A DNA stretch of 63,318 bases, filler included. It is 7 parts of 7 records of this genome, joined end to end, with 100 filler letters (N's around TTAATTAATTAA, not from the genome) between each part and the next. Parts side by side here need not be neighbours in the genome. Positions count along the whole stretch, not along the records: positions 49,595 to 57,486 come from SRR31156797_3001; positions 57,587 to 63,318 come from SRR31156797_3078; 5 more parts are not named here. The stretch is one strand, 5' to 3'. Within the stretch, counting starts at the first letter, position 1, and the number at the start of each line of letters is the position of its first letter. Shown one piece after another: positions 49,595-57,765 of the stretch. Position numbers and translations under genes: made by a program. The notes under the pieces are model-generated. The model did not search any database. It had not been told where the DNA came from and saw only the letters and a list, made by a program, of their open reading frames with translations.

Positions 49595-49882
49595 AACTGG
49601 TTCAGCTTTAACTGGTTCAGCTTTCTTTTCGATCTTTACTGTATCAACAACAGAAGTGTTTTTACTTGAAAGATAAGATAACCAAACTGAGTTAACCATG
49701 AAAAGGATAGCAAGAACTGTTGTAACCTTAGTTAATATGTTCCCAGCACCTCTAGCGCCAAAAATACTGGAGCTTGAACCGCCGAAAATAGCTCCCATTC
49801 CCTTTTTTCCTTCCTGAAGAAGAATAATGAGAACAAGAAGTGAACATATAACAATCTGTATAACTGCAAAAGTAATAAACAT
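49595..49882 (-). CDS. secG: Preprotein translocase subunit SecG (tail truncated)
   Basis: IILLQEGK...GMGAIFGG...FGARGAGNILTKVT; ends in a KAEPV repeat. Confidence 0.93.
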
Positions 49883-50033
49883 CACAAACCTCTAAATCTG
49901 CTAGACAAAAAACGTTAGCCAGATATTTATAGTTTTTTAGGTTTCATTGTCAAACTTTTTCTTTCAAAATCTGGAAATGCTTTGATAATACTGTATTATC
50001 CTTTCTAATTTCTAGTTATTCAGGAGATGACAG

Positions 50034-50912
50034 ATGAATAATTTTTATGCTGGAATTGACCTTGGAGGAACAAAAACCCTCACTTTCCTTTGTGATGAAC
50101 ACCGAAAAATCATTGCAAAAGCCAAAAGATCGACGGGTGCACATAAAGGTGTCAGTGCAGTCATTGAAAATATGATTGGAACGGTAAACGATGTTTGTGA
50201 AGATGCAGGAATCTGCTCTGACGAACTTAATGGAATTGGAATCGGAGTGCCTGGACCAGTTGACAATAGAACAGGTATGGTCTATGACTGCCCCAACCTT
50301 TCCGGCTGGAAAAACATAGAAATTAAAAAGATCCTAAATGAAAAACTTGGAATCCCTATAGAAGTTGAGAACGATGCAAGAGTTGCGGGACTCGCCGAGG
50401 CAAGAATTGGTGCTGCAAAAGGATTTGATCATGTTTTTTATGTTACCGTAAGCACAGGAATCGGTGGAGCGATCATTATTAATGGTGACATTTTCCATGG
50501 AGCAATTGGTGCCGCTGGTGAGTTTGGCCAGATGAAACTGCTTGATGGAAGTATTTTTGAATCACATTTTAGTGGAACTGCTATTGCCAAGAAGTTTGGA
50601 GTCAGCACTGAATCCATATCCGAACTCATTGATAAGGGTGATCCAGGAGCACAGGCAGCACTTAACCATCTTATAAACGGAATAGGCACATACCTTTCCA
50701 ACATTACAACACTTTTAAATCCTGAAATCATTGTAATTGGTGGAGGAGTATCAAATATTGGTGACATTTTCATTAAACCGGTAGAAAAACTTGTTCGGGA
50801 ACGCGCATTTTCAGTTAGTTCAGAAAACGTAAATGTAGTTAGAGCTGGGCTTGGCTCAGATTCAGGTGCTTACGGCGCTATTGAGCTTGTTTTTGAAAAA
50901 TATAATCCATAG
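50034..50912 (+). CDS. ROK-family sugar kinase (glucokinase-like)
   Basis: GIDLGGTK, GVPGPVD, ENDA, STGIGG, GEFGQ, IGGGV. Confidence 0.9.
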   Translation: MNNFYAGIDLGGTKTLTFLCDEHRKIIAKAKRSTGAHKGVSAVIENMIGTVNDVCEDAGICSDELNGIGIGVPGPVDNRTGMVYDCPNLSGWKNIEIKKILNEKLGIPIEVENDARVAGLAEARIGAAKGFDHVFYVTVSTGIGGAIIINGDIFHGAIGAAGEFGQMKLLDGSIFESHFSGTAIAKKFGVSTESISELIDKGDPGAQAALNHLINGIGTYLSNITTLLNPEIIVIGGGVSNIGDIFIKPVEKLVRERAFSVSSENVNVVRAGLGSDSGAYGAIELVFEKYNP

Positions 50913-51336
50913 TCATATTTACAAGCTTCGGTATTGAGTCTGCCTTTATCTTAGCGATCTTCTCCTCATTTCCTTTTGGGCGTCCGGGCTTTAAAACTGC
51001 AACATGAAAATAAACGCTCATTAACGCCTGGAAAGTTTTTATACGAAGGTCATCATTCTCATATTTCATTGCCTGACCATTATCAATGATCGCCTCAACA
51101 CCCTTTTTCTTGAGCCCTTCAGCTATTTTTATGAGGATCTCATTATTACGCTCATTTTCTACATCATTATAAAGGTAGATCTTTTTAACATTTTTAAATT
51201 CATAATTTGGCAAGATCACCTTGATGCCTGAATCTGTTCTTCCATTTTTAATTACGGTCCCGCTCTTTTTCTGGGCACTGCCGCAACTAACAACTAAGAT
51301 CATTAGGACAATAACGAAAACTAATAATTTTCTCAT
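50878..51336 (-). CDS. Hypothetical lipoprotein
   Basis: Lipobox VVSC; GAGGTG RBS; 35-bp convergent overlap with the ROK gene. Confidence 0.7.
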   Translation of the reverse strand: MRKLLVFVIVLMILVVSCGSAQKKSGTVIKNGRTDSGIKVILPNYEFKNVKKIYLYNDVENERNNEILIKIAEGLKKKGVEAIIDNGQAMKYENDDLRIKTFQALMSVYFHVAVLKPGRPKGNEEKIAKIKADSIPKLVNMTMDYIFQKQAQ

Positions 51337-51402
51337 TCTTTCACCTCAAAGATGTCTATAACAAGTTAATTTTATGAATGTGGGGAGATTTTACAAGAAT
51401 TA

Positions 51403-52221
51403 TCAACTCTTTAAAAGACTTTCCGCCCAGTCAGCATCCTTTTCCTTTCCTCTTTTTCTGGCACCATTTGAATAGACCTCGATCTTTTTTGTAAGTACTT
51501 TTACGAGCTCTATCTTTCTTGATCTGGCAAGCTCCTTTTCGAGTGTCAAAATTCTATGGAGAGAAAGGATCCTATATTTATCCATTGCCGGTGTAGATGA
51601 AAGCTGATCATCATGCCCACCATGTTTTACAACAAGTTTCTCATCCAGCAGTCCAAATTTTTCTCTCACTGCCATTCTCAGCCAAAGATCATAATCTTCG
51701 CATACCGGAAGAGTCTCATCAAAACCGCCATACATCAGATAAAGATCCTTTTTCATCATAACGGCGGAAGGAGAAACTGTGCAGAGCTTAAGACTTGGAA
51801 TAAAAATATCTCCTTGAGGTTTTTTATGTTTTTTCTTTTTATTTAAAAAACTGCCGTTTCTTATCCATATCTCTTCTGTCTGAGATATTTTCCAGTTCTC
51901 TTTGAGCATATAGGTAAGCTGTTTCTCAAGCTTTTTAGGTTTCCATTCATCATCACTATCTAAAAAGGCGACATAACTTCCATGCGCTTTATCAACACCG
52001 TAATTTCTAGCGGCACTTACTCCGCTATTTGAAATTCTGTAGACAGATATTTCTTCCCCAAATTGCGAAAGTGTTTGAGGAGTCTCATCTGTTGAGCCAT
52101 CATCAACAACTATGATCTCCACGTTTTTATAAGATTGATCAAGTACTGAATCGACCGCTTTTTTAATCTGCTGAGGCCTGTTGTAAACAGGTATTATCAC
52201 TGAGATAAGAATGTCGTGCAA
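51403..52221 (-). CDS. Glycosyltransferase family 2
   Basis: ISVIIPVYNR, VDDGSTD, ARNYG, FLDSDD, EDYDLWLR. Confidence 0.93.
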   Translation of the reverse strand: MHDILISVIIPVYNRPQQIKKAVDSVLDQSYKNVEIIVVDDGSTDETPQTLSQFGEEISVYRISNSGVSAARNYGVDKAHGSYVAFLDSDDEWKPKKLEKQLTYMLKENWKISQTEEIWIRNGSFLNKKKKHKKPQGDIFIPSLKLCTVSPSAVMMKKDLYLMYGGFDETLPVCEDYDLWLRMAVREKFGLLDEKLVVKHGGHDDQLSSTPAMDKYRILSLHRILTLEKELARSRKIELVKVLTKKIEVYSNGARKRGKEKDADWAESLLKS

Positions 52222-52305
52222 ACAATAGCTCCTTTAAACCAACCTCCTTCAATTAAACTCTCTTAAGCAAAACAGTCAAGAAGTTATTAAATACAAACGT
52301 TTAAA

Positions 52306-52334
52306 TTGACTTTTAAGTAAGCTTTAACTATAAA
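52306..52334 (+). promoter_or_regulatory. Sigma70 promoter
   Basis: TTGACT-N17-TATAAA upstream of the TPR gene. Confidence 0.6.
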
Positions 52335-52376
52335 GTCGGGTGATTGTTTTAATCGGCTGGAATATTGGAGGAAGAC

Positions 52377-53120
52377 ATGGCCTACTCAAAACTTAGAGGT
52401 GCAAAGAAAAGAAAAAATAAGGAAGAGGAAACAGCAAAAATATTGGAACAGGATGCCTTTCAGGAACAGGGAAAAAAGGTTATTGACCAGTTGCTTGCTC
52501 ATCCGTACTTCATTTTTGGTACTGTTGCAGCGATCATTGTTGTTGTGATCATAGGGCTTGGAATCTCATCAAAGGTAAAAGATGGTTCAAACGAACTTTC
52601 ATACGCTTTTTCTCAAGCTATTGATAAGTTTGAGGACAGAGCGGATTCTCCTGATAAATATAAAAAATCTATCAAGCTTTTTGAAGATGTAATAAAAACG
52701 CAGTCAGGTGTCAATGTGCAGCTTTCCTATGTTTATGTGGGAAAAGCACACTATAAACTTAAAGAGTTCGGCAAAGCTGTAGATGCATTTAAAAAAGCTA
52801 GAGCGATGAGCAATATTGACGAAAATCTTCTTTTTACTGCTTACGAAGGTGAAGCACTGTGCTACCTTGACAGAAAAGAATTTGATAAAGCGATCACTCT
52901 TTGGAAAGAATGGCTCAACAAGCCTGCAGACATTTATAAAGACCACGCTCTTTACTACATTGGTTACAGTCTTGAGAAAAGCGGCAAAGCAAAAGAAGCT
53001 CTTGTTTACTTTAAGAGATTGAGAGACGAATTTCCTAAAAGCATGCTCGTAGCAAAGGTTATCGACAAACTTCCTGCTGAAAAGATAGAGCTGCCTAAAA
53101 AGACTGAAAAAGGAAGCTGA
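52377..53120 (+). CDS. Membrane-anchored TPR protein (YfgM-like)
   Basis: Single TM followed by TPR repeats; GGAGGA RBS before ATG 52377; upstream of a beta-propeller gene. Confidence 0.75.
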   Translation: MAYSKLRGAKKRKNKEEETAKILEQDAFQEQGKKVIDQLLAHPYFIFGTVAAIIVVVIIGLGISSKVKDGSNELSYAFSQAIDKFEDRADSPDKYKKSIKLFEDVIKTQSGVNVQLSYVYVGKAHYKLKEFGKAVDAFKKARAMSNIDENLLFTAYEGEALCYLDRKEFDKAITLWKEWLNKPADIYKDHALYYIGYSLEKSGKAKEALVYFKRLRDEFPKSMLVAKVIDKLPAEKIELPKKTEKGS

Positions 53121-54241
53121 TGAAACAAATTCATCTCATTACTTTTCTCATTGCGGCACTTTTTTTAACATTTACAGTTAATGCTGAAAAACTTGTTCTC
53201 CAGTGGGCGGTACCTTTAAAAGACAACATCCTTACTCAGCTAAATAAAAGAGAACAGGGTGGAGTTACAGTTTTCGGGAAAGACCTTCTTGTTACTACTT
53301 CAAAAGGGAACATGCACCTTTTCTCTGCAAACGGTGTCATAAAAAAAACGATCCAGTTTGATGGTGAATTCATCCACAGTCCTAAGGTTCTTGATGACGG
53401 CAACTTGCTTGTCAGCGTTTCCAACTCAATGTTTCTTCTGTCTCCAAAACTTGAAAAGATCTGGGTTACTTCCGGAAAAGCTCCAATTGCATCTGTTCCA
53501 CTAGTAAAAGATAACAACATCTATGCTCAGTTCATGGACAATTCAGTTTATCTGCTTGACAGAGCAAATGGTGAGATCAAAACTGCATACACTTATTATG
53601 CTGATGAAGACATTTCAATGCTTAGGCTCTCAGCTCCATTCTTTTCAAATGACAAAATTGTTGTCGGATTTGCAAATGGAATGATAATCTATTTTATGCA
53701 CAGAAAAGCGTCAACGGATGAACTTGTTCCTTACTACAAGTTTAAGACTGCCAGATCAATGAGATTGCTTGAAAAGAAAGAGTTCTTTGATGTGCTAAGT
53801 ATCATACCTTATAAAGATACCATCATTTTTTCTAATGGCGAGTACGGCGGAAAAATAGTTGAAGGAAAGATCAAAAAGATCAAAGAAATGCGAAACCTCA
53901 ACCTTCTAAGGGAAAAGAATAGTTCTATCACCGGTTTTGGTGAAACAGGCATCCTTAAGTTTGCACAAGATGGAACTTTTGTTGATCAACCATTTAAATC
54001 GACTGGTTTTGTGACTAATTGCCTTGACCTTAAAGAGAGTAAATTTGTAACAACAACTGGTGCCGGATCGATCATAAATTATAATGAAGGGCATATATAT
54101 CTTCTTTCTAATGACTATAAAAAGGTCCTGTTTTCCGTAATGATTCCCAATGGAGTTAGTGCTTCTGCAACTTCCATAGATAATAGCGTGTTCATTATCT
54201 CCGATATGGGCGTAGTTTACAGATTTAATGTAATAAAATGA
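53120..54241 (+). CDS. PQQ-like beta-propeller protein (BamB-like)
   Basis: Signal peptide; blade motifs SVPLVKDNNIYA...YLLDRANGE, SAPFF; TGATG overlap with the yfgM-like gene. Confidence 0.6.
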   Translation: MKQIHLITFLIAALFLTFTVNAEKLVLQWAVPLKDNILTQLNKREQGGVTVFGKDLLVTTSKGNMHLFSANGVIKKTIQFDGEFIHSPKVLDDGNLLVSVSNSMFLLSPKLEKIWVTSGKAPIASVPLVKDNNIYAQFMDNSVYLLDRANGEIKTAYTYYADEDISMLRLSAPFFSNDKIVVGFANGMIIYFMHRKASTDELVPYYKFKTARSMRLLEKKEFFDVLSIIPYKDTIIFSNGEYGGKIVEGKIKKIKEMRNLNLLREKNSSITGFGETGILKFAQDGTFVDQPFKSTGFVTNCLDLKESKFVTTTGAGSIINYNEGHIYLLSNDYKKVLFSVMIPNGVSASATSIDNSVFIISDMGVVYRFNVIK

Positions 54242-54325
54242 TGTATTTTTCCTTGCAATATAAAAAAAAATGAATAAATATTTCCGAGCTGGTTTGATAA
54301 GAGTTTTAAATATATGGAGGAATGG

Positions 54326-54601
54326 ATGAACAAATCAACTTTAATCAATGTTCTTGCAGAAAAGACCGATCTTTCAAAGAGGAATTCTGAGCAGTTCGTT
54401 AACCTTATGGTTGATGCAATGATCAGTGCAATGACACAGGAAGACCGTATAGAAATAAGAGGTTTCGGCAGTTTTGTTATCCGTCATTACGGCGCATACG
54501 AAGGAAGAAATCCTAAGACTGGACAGACAATAAAAATTACTGACAAGAGACTTCCTTTCTTTAAAGCAGGAAAAGATCTCATTCAGAGAATAAATAACTA
54601 A
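54326..54601 (+). CDS. ihfB: Integration host factor beta / HU-family protein
   Basis: MNKS, RIEIRGFGSF, GRNPKTG, PFFKAGK. Confidence 0.85.
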   Translation: MNKSTLINVLAEKTDLSKRNSEQFVNLMVDAMISAMTQEDRIEIRGFGSFVIRHYGAYEGRNPKTGQTIKITDKRLPFFKAGKDLIQRINN

Positions 54602-54669
54602 GATTCTATTAGAGCTGTATTTTTCTATAAAGCCGCAGCATTTTAAAAGAATTCTACTATTAGCGGTAA

Positions 54670-57174
54670 ATGTCATTTAAAACAAGTTCATATTTCTCAC
54701 CAGATGCCGTAAAACTGGCAATTTACAATATTAGACAAAATGATGGCAATGAAATCGTCATGGTTGGAAAGACAGATGATTCAGGCCTAGTTTGTGAAGT
54801 AAGAAGAGTTGCAATGGGTGATGAGTCCTCTGTTCCTGCTGTGATCAGATCTGCTGCTCCCGGAGAGATCCTTATTCACAACCACCCTTCAGGAAATGTT
54901 CGCCCAAGCGCAGCTGACCTTGAAGTTGCAGCAAGAGCTGCTGAAAAAGGTGTAGGGTCTTACATTGTCGATAACAATATGCTGGTTGTCTTTCCCGTTG
55001 TTGAGAGAATTGAGGTTAAAGACCAAGCGGTCGAAGATATCACAAAAGAAGAGATCATTGATGTTCTTGGACCGAAAGGAAGACTTGAAAACAATTTTGC
55101 AGGATTTGAGTTTAGGGAGCCGCAACTTGAAATGGCACTCGCCTGTGCCAGATCAGTGAATGCTCAAACTATCCTGACCTCTGAAGCCGGAACCGGAACT
55201 GGAAAAAGCTTCGCCTATCTTGTCCCCTTAATTCTTTACGCTTCAAAAAACCGAGGAAAAAAGGCTGTTGTCAGCACTTCTACTATTGCCCTTGAAGAAC
55301 AACTTAACGATAACGATATTCCTTTTCTTCTGGATAAACTCGGCCTTGATGATTTTTCTGTAAGCGTTTTAAAAGGAAGAAGTAACTACCTTTGTAAAAG
55401 AAAGTACTCTTTTTTTAGAATTGAGAACATGCAGGTTACACTTCTTTCAAACAATGAAGAGAAAGCTAAGACAGTTGCAGACATTGATTCCTGGATGAAC
55501 GAAGTAAATGACGGCACAAAAACAACGATGAACCATGCTGTTGCTGATAATATCTGGTCCGAGATCTGTGCTGAAGAGCTGACCTGTGAAAAAAGCAAAT
55601 GCAGGCACTTTAGTAAATGTTACTTTTTTCGTGCAAGAAGAAAGGCTAACTTCTCTTCTTTAATCCTTGTAAACCATCACCTGCTTATGGCTGATGTTTC
55701 AATGAAAATGGAAGATGAGGAAGGTGGAGGAATTCTTCCAAAGTACGACATTCTTGTTGTTGATGAGGCTCATAACCTCTTTAAAAGTGCAATGAGCTTT
55801 CTTGGTGAAAGCGCATCAACTCAAAACATTACCAAACAACTTAAAAGGCTGTTTATTCCTAGACGCAGCTCAGGATTACTCACAAGGTTGCTTGATAACT
55901 ATAATGATAGAGATGTTAACGCTTTTGTTGAAGCTGCAGTAAACCGGATCTCACGCTTTCTCCCTCTTTTAACAAACTCCCTAAAAACGGAACTAATTGA
56001 AGCACTTGGAGAGAAAAAAGAGGAAATATACGAACTTGATAATATTGAGCTTAGAAAAAATCTTAGTTCAGTTGTTCAAAACATAGCAAAACCTATTAAA
56101 GAAATTACAAAGCACCTTGATCCTGTTATTAAAAAACTGGATGACAAAGATAGTGAAGGCGCTGGCCTTAAAACCGCTAAGGAGGAGCTGATACTTTCTT
56201 TAAAAACTGACATTTCAGGTGCTGTCACCAAGTTAAAGCTATACTGTGATTTTCTTGGAGACTTTTGTAGCAACCAGGAAATTGATAAGTATGTTTTCTG
56301 GGGAAATAGAAATAAGTTCGACACTATTTCTTTAAGCGTTACTCCACTTGAGATCCAAAAGATCCTGGCTGAGCAGATCTTTAATAAAACACCATCCGTT
56401 ATTCTTACTTCAGCAACTTTAAGTACATCAAAGAATGAAAAAGGTTTCGATTTTTTCAATAGAGAAAGTGGACTAGATCTTACGGAAAGAAAGATTGACT
56501 TTCTAAATCTAACCAGCTGTTTTGATTATATAAAACAAGTGAAAGCATTTGTCAGCACAGATCTTCCTGCTCCGGTTTACGGCAATGAAGATTTTGAAGA
56601 CTTGAGCATTGAAGCTTCAAAAAATATCGTCAAAGCCTCTAACGGTGGAGCACTTGTTCTTTTTACCTCTATAAAGCATCGCCAGATGGCAAAAGAAGAA
56701 TTCACAGGGCTTGATTTTAAAGTTATAAGCCAAGGCCAGTACGCAATTTCTTCTGTTGTAAGAAAGTTTAGAAATGATAAAAACGCAACTCTACTTGCAA
56801 CCGATACTTTCTGGGAAGGAATTGACATGAAGGGAGAAACACTCCGAAACCTAGTTTTGATAAAGCTTCCCTTTAAATTTCCAAGTCACCCGTTTGTAAA
56901 AAGATACGTGGCAAAACTTGAATCTGAGACTGGAAAAAGCGGATTTCTTCTTTACACGCTACCAAATGCGATACTTAAGTTCAAGCAGGGTTTTGGAAGA
57001 CTTATAAGAACAAAGACCGATATCGGTTCGATCACTGTTTTAGACAGAAGAGTAATCGATAAAAGATACGGAAAGGATTTCCTTGATGCTGCTCCCTCTG
57101 GTGTTACATTTCAAATGCTGCCATCAAGGAAGATCGCGGAAAAGATAAAGGAATTTCACCTAGAGAACTCTTAA
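54670..57174 (+). CDS. DinG/YoaA-family Fe-S helicase with N-terminal JAB/MPN domain
   Basis: HNHPSGNVRPSAAD (JAMM); REPQ, EAGTGTGKS, KGRSNYLC, Cys cluster, DEAH, SAT, FWEGID, QGFGRLIR. Confidence 0.9.
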   Translation: MSFKTSSYFSPDAVKLAIYNIRQNDGNEIVMVGKTDDSGLVCEVRRVAMGDESSVPAVIRSAAPGEILIHNHPSGNVRPSAADLEVAARAAEKGVGSYIVDNNMLVVFPVVERIEVKDQAVEDITKEEIIDVLGPKGRLENNFAGFEFREPQLEMALACARSVNAQTILTSEAGTGTGKSFAYLVPLILYASKNRGKKAVVSTSTIALEEQLNDNDIPFLLDKLGLDDFSVSVLKGRSNYLCKRKYSFFRIENMQVTLLSNNEEKAKTVADIDSWMNEVNDGTKTTMNHAVADNIWSEICAEELTCEKSKCRHFSKCYFFRARRKANFSSLILVNHHLLMADVSMKMEDEEGGGILPKYDILVVDEAHNLFKSAMSFLGESASTQNITKQLKRLFIPRRSSGLLTRLLDNYNDRDVNAFVEAAVNRISRFLPLLTNSLKTELIEALGEKKEEIYELDNIELRKNLSSVVQNIAKPIKEITKHLDPVIKKLDDKDSEGAGLKTAKEELILSLKTDISGAVTKLKLYCDFLGDFCSNQEIDKYVFWGNRNKFDTISLSVTPLEIQKILAEQIFNKTPSVILTSATLSTSKNEKGFDFFNRESGLDLTERKIDFLNLTSCFDYIKQVKAFVSTDLPAPVYGNEDFEDLSIEASKNIVKASNGGALVLFTSIKHRQMAKEEFTGLDFKVISQGQYAISSVVRKFRNDKNATLLATDTFWEGIDMKGETLRNLVLIKLPFKFPSHPFVKRYVAKLESETGKSGFLLYTLPNAILKFKQGFGRLIRTKTDIGSITVLDRRVIDKRYGKDFLDAAPSGVTFQMLPSRKIAEKIKEFHLENS

Positions 57175-57192
57175 CTCAGTCAATTCAGTCCC

Positions 57193-57254
57193 GACTATTT
57201 CGCATTCATTTGCTGAAAAGTCTTGACTATTTCGCAATTTAATGCAGAATAGTC
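57193..57254 (+). promoter_or_regulatory. Two tandem 30-bp palindromic operators overlapping a promoter
   Basis: gactatttcgca-N6-tgctgaaaagtc (57193-57222) and gactatttcgca-N6-tgcagaatagtc (57225-57254); TTGACT-N16-CAGAAT; ATG 6 nt later. Confidence 0.65.
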
Positions 57255-57256
57255 GT

Positions 57257-57486
57257 ATGAGAAGGTTGCAAAAACAGCAAATTTTAAATGATTTAAACAA
57301 GAAAATCGTTTTCATTATTGGCCCTAGACAAGTTGGAAAAACCTGGCTTGCTAAAGATATAGCCAAGAGTTTTATCAAGCCCGTTTATCTAAACCATGAT
57401 AGAAACATGGATAGACAGATTATCCACAACGAAAGCTGGCTTAATTCAACAGATCTGCTAATTCTTGATGAACTTCATAAAATGAA
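57257..57486 (+). CDS. AAA_14 (DUF4143-associated type) ATPase, N-terminal fragment
   Basis: GPRQVGKT Walker A, LILDELHK Walker B; runs off the contig. Confidence 0.85.
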
Positions 57487-57586
57487 NNNNNNNNNNNNNN
57501 NNNNNNNNNNNNNNNNNNNNNNNNNNNNNNTTAATTAATTAANNNNNNNNNNNNNNNNNNNNNNNNNNNNNNNNNNNNNNNNNNNN
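57487..57586. other. Artificial contig spacer
   Basis: N44-TTAATTAATTAA-N44. Confidence 0.99.
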
Positions 57587-57765
57587 CGGCCGGAGGGCTT
57601 TTACAGAAGTTTTACAATCATAAAAAAAGCCCAAATAGCATCTTGTAAATACCTGTTTTTCCCACCCTTTTATCGCCCCGTTCACGGATCGCGTTTTCGC
57701 CAAAACCGGACCCTGAACAGAGTTCCCCTTGTAATAAAACCCTTTCTCAATTATATGACGCAGTT

